From the IMG/VR virus record IMGVR_UViG_3300033075_000810: a stretch of DNA of 50,781 nt; one strand, given 5' to 3'. Of this stretch, positions 34,641 through 42,820 are shown piece by piece; within the stretch, counting starts at the first letter, position 1, and each line of letters opens with the position of its first letter. This DNA is from a virus. Made by a program: the position numbers and the translations under genes. The notes beneath the pieces were generated by a model, which worked only from the letters and a program-made list of their open reading frames with translations, made no database searches and had not been told where the DNA came from.

Positions 34641-35173
34641 TTCGTCTTGCGGAGTACCACCAGCAGATCGTCCGACCGGCCCTTCACGCCCCTGAGGTCG
34701 ATCAGTTCAGCATTGGGGAAGACGGAGAAGCGGTTGAACGTCTTCTCGTCCTGAATGTCCTCCACGATGTACAGACCGCCCGACTTGAGGTGCGGCCACA
34801 GGTGGAAGACGCCCATCACCTGCGAGACGGGCTGGTGGTTGCCGTCATCGATGATGATGTCGTACTGTATGCTTAGTGCGTTGCACAGGCTCGTCAAATC
34901 CTTAGCCAGGTTCTGGTCGCCCTGGTAGGTGTAGATGCGTGGCTCGGAGAAGACCGTCTCGGCACGGTTGTCCATACCGATCACCACGGCATGCTTGAAG
35001 TACTCGCGGAACGCACGCAACGAGGCCCCCTTCTCAACCCCGATCTCAAAGACGTACTGGGCAGTGTCCCGGTACGGCTTGAGGAGGGCCTCAAGGGTGT
35101 CCCCGTAGCTGTGTGCGTTGTTCTTGTCGGTCGGGTAGCGAGAGAGGATCTCGACTAGCGTCGTCTGTTCCAT
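34637..35173 (-). CDS. class I SAM-dependent methyltransferase (CmcI/TylF-like)
   Basis: VFEIGVEKGASL motif I, DIIIDDGNH. Trimmed from the Arg-rich spurious N-terminus to MEQTTLVE with GGAGG SD. Confidence 0.55.
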   Translation of the reverse strand: MEQTTLVEILSRYPTDKNNAHSYGDTLEALLKPYRDTAQYVFEIGVEKGASLRAFREYFKHAVVIGMDNRAETVFSEPRIYTYQGDQNLAKDLTSLCNALSIQYDIIIDDGNHQPVSQVMGVFHLWPHLKSGGLYIVEDIQDEKTFNRFSVFPNAELIDLRGVKGRSDDLLVVLRKTK

Positions 35174-35199
35174 AGGTGCCTCCATGCACCTAGGTAGAG

Positions 35200-35526
35200 T
35201 TAAGGCGGGCCGATCTCCCAGCCGCACCCCTGCCTGTAGGTCAACCTCGTCAGGGCGTCGTAGATGATCTCCCCGTAGTCCAGGCAGAGGAGCATGACGA
35301 GGGCGTCCTTGGCCTCGGGCCGGTGTGCCAGCAACTCCATCATGGCGAAGAAGTTGCGGAAGACCGCCGCGTGTCTGCCGGCGTCGTACTTCAGCCTGTG
35401 CGGCGAGTCGGGATCGACCCCCAGCGTCTTCGCCCACTCCTTGGGCGACCGCTTGGAGGAGAGCTTGCTGATCAACTTCGCCGCCAGGCACTCGTTGAAG
35501 ATTTGCTCTGCTGCGTCCATCGTCAC
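35200..35526 (-). CDS. hypothetical protein
   Basis: 108-aa ORF. Confidence 0.45.
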   Translation of the reverse strand: MTMDAAEQIFNECLAAKLISKLSSKRSPKEWAKTLGVDPDSPHRLKYDAGRHAAVFRNFFAMMELLAHRPEAKDALVMLLCLDYGEIIYDALTRLTYRQGCGWEIGPP

Positions 35527-35527
35527 C

Positions 35528-36154
35528 TCAGATGTGGGCGTGGCCTGCTTTCAGGGTCATGAACTCGCGGACCTCGGCCATGCTCCAGGGTCGCCAGCGG
35601 TGGTCGGCCATCGGGCCGTCCTCGCGTGCCCAGGGGCCGTCCACGCCCACGTCGATGCTCTTGATCCTCTCCCAGACCTTCTTGAAGTCCGGGTCGTGGC
35701 CCATGCGACCGTGGACGTGTCCGAAGGCATGCCACACGTTCTTGTAGGAATGCTCCCAGGCCAGGAGCGGGTAGTGCTTCAGCCGGATTTGCTGATGCTC
35801 CACCCTCACCAGTAGCTCTTCATGGACCTCGGTGAACTGGTACTTCACATCCCTGAGGTTGTCGTGGTTGCCCAGGATGAGAACCACGTTCTGGCAGTTG
35901 ATCCTCTCGCGGTACTCGCCATGTTTCCTCCAGGCGAAGTCGCCCAGGTGGTACAGCGTGTCGTTCTTGCCGACGACCGCGTTGATGTTGTCGAGGATAG
36001 CGTCGTCCATCTTCCTGACGGACTCCTCGGAGACGCGGAACTGCTTGCCAGCCTGGGCCAGCGGCATCTCGGCGTCGTTGAGCCAGGGCCGGCAGCAGAA
36101 CCGGAGGATGTTGCCGTGCCCGAAGTGCGTGTCGCTTATGAAGTAGGTCGCCAT
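35528..36154 (-). CDS. metallophosphoesterase (calcineurin-like)
   Basis: ISDTHFGH, GDF and GNHD motifs. Confidence 0.7.
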   Translation of the reverse strand: MATYFISDTHFGHGNILRFCCRPWLNDAEMPLAQAGKQFRVSEESVRKMDDAILDNINAVVGKNDTLYHLGDFAWRKHGEYRERINCQNVVLILGNHDNLRDVKYQFTEVHEELLVRVEHQQIRLKHYPLLAWEHSYKNVWHAFGHVHGRMGHDPDFKKVWERIKSIDVGVDGPWAREDGPMADHRWRPWSMAEVREFMTLKAGHAHI

Positions 36155-36155
36155 G

Positions 36156-36386
36156 TCAAGTGCCCGCGTCGGGGTTCCTCCTGCACCATTCTGCCGCCAG
36201 GACGCCCAGGGCCACGGCGACGATGCCGCCGATGAAGATGTGCCCCGGAGTCACGCCGGTGCCCACCAGGCCGGGGGCCGGCCCGGCGAACAACTCGATC
36301 ACGAACAGCAACGCCCCGCAGGCCGCTGCCAGGAAGCCGAAGAGGACCGTGATCATCACCGGGATCATTCGCCAGTCGAACCACAT
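36156..36386 (-). CDS. small membrane protein (2 TM)
   Basis: Hydrophobic 76-aa ORF. Confidence 0.4.
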   Translation of the reverse strand: MWFDWRMIPVMITVLFGFLAAACGALLFVIELFAGPAPGLVGTGVTPGHIFIGGIVAVALGVLAAEWCRRNPDAGT

Positions 36387-36396
36387 GATCGGCTCC

Positions 36397-36702
36397 TTAG
36401 GCTAGATCCTTGAGGATGGCCTCGATGGACTCCTGCTTCTGCACGCCCAGGATAGACCGCACCTGAACGCCGTCCTTGAAGACCTTGATCGTGGGCACCG
36501 CCGACACCGCGTTCTGCTCGGTCACGACCGGGCACTCATCGATGTTGACCTTGCCGAACTTGATGCTCGGGAAGTTCGGCTCGACCGCCTCCAGCACCTT
36601 CTTCAGGCTCTGGCAGGGCCGGCACCACGGTGCCCAGAAGTCAGCGACGACGATGCCCTCTTTGATCTCCTGAGCAAACGTCTCGTCGGTGAAGTCAATC
36701 AT
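36397..36702 (-). CDS. thioredoxin (WCRPC active site)
   Basis: FWAPWCRPCQ...VPTIKVFKDG. Start MIDFTDETF with GGGAGA SD. Confidence 0.7.
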   Translation of the reverse strand: MIDFTDETFAQEIKEGIVVADFWAPWCRPCQSLKKVLEAVEPNFPSIKFGKVNIDECPVVTEQNAVSAVPTIKVFKDGVQVRSILGVQKQESIEAILKDLA

Positions 36703-36744
36703 CTTCGTCTCCCTTGTTGTTCCATTCCCAGTGGATTTGAGACG

Positions 36745-36912
36745 GCGATGTAGTTCAATGGCGTTGGGTATCTTGACCTTCAACTCCATCGCCGCTTTCT
36801 TCTGAGCCAGACCCCAATTATAGGTAAACCTCGCAGCACCAGCATGTTGCAGACACGCCGTCTTCTGCTTGTTGTTCAGGTCTAACTCCGTCTTGTAGCC
36901 TCTTTGGACTTT
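36745..36912 (-). pseudogene. N-terminal remnant of an IS200/IS605-family TnpB (OrfB)-like gene
   Basis: RGYKTELDLNNKQ...TACLQHAGAARFTYNWGLAQKK matches the characteristic TnpB N-terminus (YKxxLxPxxxQ...C.RFVYNxxL). Reading frame fused upstream of trx. No RuvC or zinc-finger part present. Confidence 0.4.
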
Positions 36913-37673
36913 CAATGCCCCTCCACGCTCGCCACGATGTTCGTCATCAACGCCTGTTCCTTCTCGTTCCACTCAGTCTTCCACTTACCGTCCTTCACAG
37001 GACCGCACAGTGAGTAGATGGTACTCCTGTTGCCTTTGCCATCATGGTAGTCAATCTTGTAGAACAACTCCTGCACGTCACCCATACGCTCTGGCTTGCA
37101 GTCCTCACGATGAACCGTGAAGTGGTACTTGTCTTTGGAAACAGTGTGGTCGAACACCCACTTACGCTCCTCCCACTGCGTCTTCTCGGTCATCCCGACC
37201 GTGCGTCCGGTGTCAAAGACGCCCTTGTTGCCCATCACCCCGCTCTTGGTGAGGATAAGCGTTTCTGCCATCTCCACTTCGCCCCACACTCTGATAGGCT
37301 TCATGGTCTTGGGGTGAAGCAAGTATTCGGCATCTTCCTTGTTGATCCAGCACTTCCCATGTCGCCGCATGAACTTGGTCAGACGACACACCGGACCTTC
37401 ATCGGCAAAGGTGCTGTTGTTCCCGACGTACTCGTACTCCATGCCCATGATCTCATCGGTATTGACGAGTTCACGCACAATCCTCTGGCATGTCACCGGG
37501 ACTGTGAACCTCGTCCTCTCAGTGGACGTTCTCTTGTACCATGTGTCCTCACCGACTTCTCGCCGGTACTGTGCGACCGGCAGTGACTTGTTCTGGACAG
37601 CACCAACCGTCAGTCCTACGACGGGGATGGTGGCAACGCCACCGATGACCTTGAGTGCATCTCGCCTGTTCAT
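36912..37673 (-). CDS. secreted hypothetical protein with twin-arginine (Tat) signal
   Basis: MNRRDALKVIGGVATIPVVGLTVGA. Lies in the low-GC islet. Confidence 0.5.
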   Translation of the reverse strand: MNRRDALKVIGGVATIPVVGLTVGAVQNKSLPVAQYRREVGEDTWYKRTSTERTRFTVPVTCQRIVRELVNTDEIMGMEYEYVGNNSTFADEGPVCRLTKFMRRHGKCWINKEDAEYLLHPKTMKPIRVWGEVEMAETLILTKSGVMGNKGVFDTGRTVGMTEKTQWEERKWVFDHTVSKDKYHFTVHREDCKPERMGDVQELFYKIDYHDGKGNRSTIYSLCGPVKDGKWKTEWNEKEQALMTNIVASVEGH

Positions 37674-37674
37674 T

Positions 37675-37851
37675 TCAGTTCTCCTTCTCTTCACGGACGA
37701 CGTACACAGTGCCGTCGCCTTCCAGCGTTACGACTGGCTTGTTGCCGGTGCAGACGTTACACAGGCACTCGCTGATCGGCTCTCCTGTGCCTTCGCACAG
37801 TTCTTCAACCTCACAGACTTCCACGTTCACGATTTTGCCCTTGTTCCACAT
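37675..37851 (-). CDS. small Cys-rich protein (58 aa)
   Basis: Unlisted ORF MWNKGKIVNVEVCEVEELCEGTGEPISECLCNVCTGNKP... with GGAGAAG SD. Confidence 0.35.
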   Translation of the reverse strand: MWNKGKIVNVEVCEVEELCEGTGEPISECLCNVCTGNKPVVTLEGDGTVYVVREEKEN

Positions 37852-38048
37852 CACTCTTCTCCTCTAACCATTTTTGCACCTTCTCTGGCTCTGCGATCCG
37901 CTTGTACTTGGCGTGATACATCCCTCCCATCCACGCTACCCATTCCGCAGATTTCCGAAGATTTTTGCCCAACTGTTCAGAACCCCTTCAGTGCGTCTAC
38001 GTTCATACCATAGATGAGTCTGTGGGGACAGAGGTCTTGCCCAAAGAA

Positions 38049-38675
38049 TCACAGTTTCTCGCAGTAGTCCCTGAACCACGCCTCATGGCGGCAGTTGACC
38101 AGCCGCGTCAACCAGGGGCCGTAGATAGGCTCGTTGCAGAAAGCCTCAGTGAAAACGGTTTGTAGATGGGGGTGTTCCCTTAGGAACTTCTGGAAAGTGG
38201 CACCGGCCACCCTGCGGAGGCGGCTGTCGTTATGCGGGTCGATGAGGACGGCCACCGACTCCTTCAGGGCGTCGTTGCCGTGGCGGGAGATCCAGCCGTC
38301 GAAGCAAACGGCGAAGGCCATCGCCGCCCCACGGTGCTGGTCCAGGGCGAAGACGCCGTCCGGCAGGCCGCAGACCCAGTCCAGCAGGAACTCCTCGTAC
38401 TCGTCCCACTCCCACTTGTGCCTCTTGGAGACGTGGAAATGGCCGGTCGAACGGATGCCGCCTTGCATCCCCTTGTACGAATTGTGGAAAGGGCAGCACT
38501 CATCGACCACGAACATGGGCGGGCCGGCCCCCGAGTCATCGGTCCAGATAGACAACAGACGTATCGGGGGCCGCTGGGTTCGGTCGTAGAGGTAGGTCTG
38601 GGTACGGCGGGAGTAGTTCACCACCGGGACATCGACAACCGAGTGACGCAGGTAGTACTCTTCAAGGAGGTACAC
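38049..38675 (-). CDS. hypothetical protein
   Basis: 208-aa ORF. Confidence 0.5.
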   Translation of the reverse strand: MYLLEEYYLRHSVVDVPVVNYSRRTQTYLYDRTQRPPIRLLSIWTDDSGAGPPMFVVDECCPFHNSYKGMQGGIRSTGHFHVSKRHKWEWDEYEEFLLDWVCGLPDGVFALDQHRGAAMAFAVCFDGWISRHGNDALKESVAVLIDPHNDSRLRRVAGATFQKFLREHPHLQTVFTEAFCNEPIYGPWLTRLVNCRHEAWFRDYCEKL

Positions 38676-38960
38676 TCAGGCGTCCTCCTTGCCCACCAAC
38701 GCCTCGGCCCTGAAGAGGTCTTCGGTCTGACGCCAGCAGTGGTTGGCGGCGTCCCAGGTGATGGGCAACTCGCTCGGAGCAGCCTCAAGGATGTCGAACA
38801 GGTCGCCCATCCCCGAGGCACGCTCCATCGAGCGGTGGAAGACGAGCGGGTGAAGGTGCGAGTACCTCTTCCTGAGGGCCTCGATGGCCTGTTGGTGCTT
38901 CTCCTGCTTCCAGTACGGCACCTTCACTTCACTCTTCTTCTCAGTCATCGCAGAACTCAC
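38676..38960 (-). CDS. hypothetical protein
   Basis: 94-aa ORF. Confidence 0.45.
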   Translation of the reverse strand: MSSAMTEKKSEVKVPYWKQEKHQQAIEALRKRYSHLHPLVFHRSMERASGMGDLFDILEAAPSELPITWDAANHCWRQTEDLFRAEALVGKEDA

Positions 38961-39459
38961 TTTCCCGGTCGGCCCACCAGTCCCTCAGCTTGGAGACGGA
39001 CTGGGTGAAGATTTGATGCACTCGCGTCTGACTCACCCCTAGTTTAGCGGCGATGTCAGCCAGAGTGCAATCCTCGACGTAGTACATGAGTACAACGTCA
39101 CGCGACCTGGCGGGCAACTCGCCCGTCAGCACGTCAACGGTGTCGTCGTGCTGAACGTCCTGAGTGTGCCTCTCATGCTCCTCTCCCAGGGTGAAGCGGG
39201 TCAGCCTGTTGGAGCGACTCCCCCAGCATAGGGTTCGGAGATAGTCCTTGATCTCCCCGTAGATGCGGTAGCTGGCGAAGGTGTCGAAGTCCCCGCCGTT
39301 GTACCTGTTCGCGGCGTCCACCAGCCCCATGTAGGCGGCTGACTTTAGCTCGTCCAAGTCCACGGAGCGGACCCCCATCCTGCGGTACTGATTCTTTGCG
39401 ATGCGGTCAGCCAGTTCCATGCGGTTGACGATCAGCGTGTTGCGGTCGGCCACAGTCAT
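38941..39459 (-). CDS. sigma-70 family sigma factor (regions 2 and 4)
   Basis: DLDELKSAAYMGLVDAANRY...FDTFASYRIYGEI. C-terminal HTH TLADIAAKLGVSQTRVHQI. Confidence 0.65.
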   Translation of the reverse strand: MTVADRNTLIVNRMELADRIAKNQYRRMGVRSVDLDELKSAAYMGLVDAANRYNGGDFDTFASYRIYGEIKDYLRTLCWGSRSNRLTRFTLGEEHERHTQDVQHDDTVDVLTGELPARSRDVVLMYYVEDCTLADIAAKLGVSQTRVHQIFTQSVSKLRDWWADRESEFCDD

Positions 39460-39537
39460 GTTTCGATCCGTTCTTAGATGGTTGTGAAAGTTACCCTAAT
39501 ATAGGGTCGCACCACCCAGAAAAACCACGGATCGGGG

Positions 39538-40551
39538 CTACAAATTGACCTCTGACGGGGCCACTTTGATGAACGATAAAGCCGGTCCCCACATGGAGTT
39601 AAGTTCTAAGTTGGCCTCACACCTGAGGGCCTCATCTGGGGAGTGGAGCATCAATCTTCTGAGGAGCCAGTGCTTCAGTTGGAAACAATCCTCGTCCAGC
39701 ACCGCGAAACCACTTTCGTGGGTGAGGCCGAGGGTGGACAGGGCGTCCTTCAGACCGACCGCGACGGGCCTGGACTGGAAAGGCAGTGAGGTTGACCTTT
39801 CGATAAGCCTGAGCAGCAGGCGGGGCCAGTTGAACACGTCGTTCTTGTTGAGGCTGCCCTCTGGCAACCTCAGTTCGACCGTCATGCGGGCGTACTTGCC
39901 CTCCCTCTCCAGGCCAATTTCAAAGTTCACCCAGTTGATGGCGTACCGCCGCCAGGGGTTGTGGTGGGGCTTGACTTCGCGGGGGCGGAACGCCTCATAC
40001 ACCTCCTCGGGTGCATCGAAACGCTTCCGCTTGTCGATGAGGGACCGGCAGGGCCGGCAGTGGAGGTTCGTCCTCCTCCTCTCGGGAACCGCGTGGAACA
40101 CCAGACGCTCAAGCCTCAGCCACTGGGCCATGAACATCCCGGCCTGTTCCTCACGCCAGTCCTTGATCTCGGCGTGGACGTGCAGGCCGCAGTTGCCGTT
40201 GACCATCAGCCCGTCCTGCTTGAGGCACTCAGCTACGGCGGCGTAGTGCCTGAGGTCTTCTGCCGACTGGCCGATGGGCGTGGCGACCTCCCAGCCGTGC
40301 GGGCGACCGTATCCGCCGCACGTCACGTCCTTCTTGACATGCCAGTGGCGGTTGCAGAAAGACTGTGCCCAACCCGCCTTCGACCGGATGTCCCGGTCAG
40401 AGTGGAGGCCGATGACCCTGTGTATCCAATCACAGTCGTACTCGCCGCCCACCTCAAGTTCGATACCGAAGCGGCGTGAGTGTTTGAAGCTGTGAAGGAT
40501 GATGGTCGGCCAACGGGGCGGGCCGTGGCCGACCGGGAACCTCGTCGGCAT
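39538..40551 (-). CDS. amidoligase family protein (GS/GCS-like)
   Basis: GIELEV and GLHVHAE motifs, which resemble the phage amidoligase family. Confidence 0.5.
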   Translation of the reverse strand: MPTRFPVGHGPPRWPTIILHSFKHSRRFGIELEVGGEYDCDWIHRVIGLHSDRDIRSKAGWAQSFCNRHWHVKKDVTCGGYGRPHGWEVATPIGQSAEDLRHYAAVAECLKQDGLMVNGNCGLHVHAEIKDWREEQAGMFMAQWLRLERLVFHAVPERRRTNLHCRPCRSLIDKRKRFDAPEEVYEAFRPREVKPHHNPWRRYAINWVNFEIGLEREGKYARMTVELRLPEGSLNKNDVFNWPRLLLRLIERSTSLPFQSRPVAVGLKDALSTLGLTHESGFAVLDEDCFQLKHWLLRRLMLHSPDEALRCEANLELNSMWGPALSFIKVAPSEVNL

Positions 40552-40576
40552 GGTAACTCCAGGCGGCTGCTACATC

Positions 40577-40828
40577 CTAACCCTCGTTCGGGGACCGGAC
40601 GATATCTTTCGGCATGTCGTAGGTCACCGGAGGCGTGTCAACGTCCATCAGACCCTCGCCCTCGATCATCTGACCACGCCGCCTCTTCTTCCTCTTTTTG
40701 GGGATGACCTCGCCTTTCTTCAGGCTGTCGATCATGCGAACGGCCAGGGTAGCCATTGCGATCAGGATGACCAAGTTCAGGATGGAGGCCAAGGCCCCCA
40801 GGAAGAGGACCATGTATACGAACCACAT
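40577..40828 (-). CDS. small membrane protein with basic tail
   Basis: Trimmed from ORF 40577..41236 to MWFVYMVLFLG... GAGGTG SD. Sits directly after the stop of the repeat protein. Confidence 0.4.
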   Translation of the reverse strand: MWFVYMVLFLGALASILNLVILIAMATLAVRMIDSLKKGEVIPKKRKKRRRGQMIEGEGLMDVDTPPVTYDMPKDIVRSPNEG

Positions 40829-40836
40829 CACACACC

Positions 40837-42807
40837 TCACACGTTCGCTAGAATCATCGGGGTCAGGTTCAGCGTGGGACCGTTGGCCGGGAACGGCAGG
40901 GTCTGGACGCCGAGCATCAGCACCGGGTTGTTCGTCCACCGCCCACCGAAGAGGCCGATCTCGTCCGAGATGATCTGCGTGTCCAGATCCACGTCGTAGT
41001 TGACAACCGGCCTGAACTCCTGCGTGAGGGTGTTGACCTGGCAGTGGAAGTTGAACCTGTCCGGCCTGGCACACATGGTGCTGCTGGTTACCGTGAGCAG
41101 CACGCGGCTCGTCTCCGTGTAGGATCGGTCGGCGGCACGACGGACGACGTAGACCGACAGCTTCCACATGGCGGTCGCGGACGGGCTGAGGGTGCCGAGG
41201 CTGCCCATGCAGCCCCACTCGTACACGATGTCCCACCGCTCGTTGATGCCACGGTCGCCCAGGCCCTCAAGGTGGACATTATGTTGCCACGCCTGACTGC
41301 GTCTGTTGTAAATGAGTGAGGCCCGCGTCCCCATGCTCAACCTGTTGCGGTCAAGGAAGGAGCCGAGGACCACCGTGTTCGGCAGGTTGGACGACCAGAA
41401 CAACTGATTCGGCAGCAGGCAGACGCAAGAAGTTCCCTGGGAAGCGGTCGCAGCCTGGAGTGTGTTCTCCACGGCGACCGTACCGAATTGAGCCTCAAAA
41501 TCTTCGACCACCACGTTGACCACCATCTCGTCCTCAAGGTCGTAGAAGTTGGTCCTGGCTTCCGCCTCGCCGCCCAGGGTGATGCCGCCCGAGCCGGTGT
41601 AGTGGTATCCCTCGCCGCTGGCCCCGCCCTCGCCGCCAAGGATGATGCCGCCCGAGCCGACGTAGCTGTAGATGACCCGGACACCGGCCTCACCACCCAG
41701 GGTGATGCCGCCCGAGCCGACGTAGTTGGGCAGAACGAAGCCGCCCAGGGTGATACCGCCCGAGCCGACGTAGCTGAATGCACTGCTAACGATGCCGGCT
41801 GAACCTCCTAGGGTGATGCCGCCTGAGCCGGTATGGCTGTAGTGGGAGCATGCCACGCCCGCCTCGCCGCCCAGGGTGATGCCGCCCGAGCCGACGTAGC
41901 GGTAAACGGTTATGGCTGCATCTGCGGAACCTCCCAGGGTGATGGCCCTGAAATCGGGCGGGTTGGTGCTGTTGCCAACCGGGGCGTACTCAAGAACCAC
42001 CCCAGACTCGGCCTCGCCCCCAAGAACGATGCCGCCTGAGGCGGTGTAGTGGTGGCTGGGGGAGACGACGGGGGCCTCGCCGCCCAGGGTGATGCCGCCC
42101 GAGCCGATGTAGCTGTAGTGGGAGCAGGCCACCTCGGCGGAACCGCCGAGGGTGATGCCTCCAGACACAGGGACCGTGAAGGCACTGCTGACGATGTCGG
42201 CGGACCCTCCCAGTGTGATGCCGCCCGAGCCGACATAGCTTTGCGTCGGCACGACCCCCGAGCCGCCTAGTCTGATGCCGCCCGAGCCGGTGTAGCTGTA
42301 GACCGGGAAGACGCTGCCGAAAGCCTCCATCACCATGTGCTGGACGCCCTCGCCGTTGACGCCGTAACCCAGGCAGTCGTAGACAGACCGCCAGTCCTCG
42401 ACCTCCTCAAACGTGTTGCATGGGTCTTCGGGGTCCAGCGGTGCGAAGGCGGGGATGGAGGCAACACGGATGCGTTTGATACGGTGGTTGAAACGCATCT
42501 CCCTCAGTCGCACGCAGAGTTGTGCCAACGACTGGGCCGAGACGTACACTATCGAACACATCGGCTGCGACGTTGGGCCGCAGGGGAACGTGTCGCAGAC
42601 CTCGTTGCTGAGGATGGGCATCCCCTCAACGACGTACCAGCGTAGGGGCAGGTCGCCCACGTTCCACAGGAAGTCCATGTCCACCTCAAGGGGGGCCTGG
42701 ATCTGCCAGGTGAAACTCTGGTCGATGTTGTAGTGGTACTGCACCGGAGTAGGGTCGAACGGGTTCGACCCTACGACGATGCCGCCGTCTCCGGTGTAGC
42801 TAGGCAA
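40837..42807 (-). CDS. repeat-rich structural protein (tail-fibre-like candidate)
   Basis: 656 aa with ~16 tandem copies of the ~16-aa unit Y-x-Y-x-G-S-G-G-I-T-L-G-G-E/S-A. Confidence 0.55.
   Translation of the reverse strand: MPSYTGDGGIVVGSNPFDPTPVQYHYNIDQSFTWQIQAPLEVDMDFLWNVGDLPLRWYVVEGMPILSNEVCDTFPCGPTSQPMCSIVYVSAQSLAQLCVRLREMRFNHRIKRIRVASIPAFAPLDPEDPCNTFEEVEDWRSVYDCLGYGVNGEGVQHMVMEAFGSVFPVYSYTGSGGIRLGGSGVVPTQSYVGSGGITLGGSADIVSSAFTVPVSGGITLGGSAEVACSHYSYIGSGGITLGGEAPVVSPSHHYTASGGIVLGGEAESGVVLEYAPVGNSTNPPDFRAITLGGSADAAITVYRYVGSGGITLGGEAGVACSHYSHTGSGGITLGGSAGIVSSAFSYVGSGGITLGGFVLPNYVGSGGITLGGEAGVRVIYSYVGSGGIILGGEGGASGEGYHYTGSGGITLGGEAEARTNFYDLEDEMVVNVVVEDFEAQFGTVAVENTLQAATASQGTSCVCLLPNQLFWSSNLPNTVVLGSFLDRNRLSMGTRASLIYNRRSQAWQHNVHLEGLGDRGINERWDIVYEWGCMGSLGTLSPSATAMWKLSVYVVRRAADRSYTETSRVLLTVTSSTMCARPDRFNFHCQVNTLTQEFRPVVNYDVDLDTQIISDEIGLFGGRWTNNPVLMLGVQTLPFPANGPTLNLTPMILANV
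41532..42294 (-). repeat. 48-nt coding tandem repeat array (GGTGATGCCGCCCGAGCCGACGTAGCTGTA-type units)
   Basis: The periodicity is visible at both DNA and protein level. Confidence 0.6.
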
Positions 42808-42820
42808 TGGGTTCTCCTAC

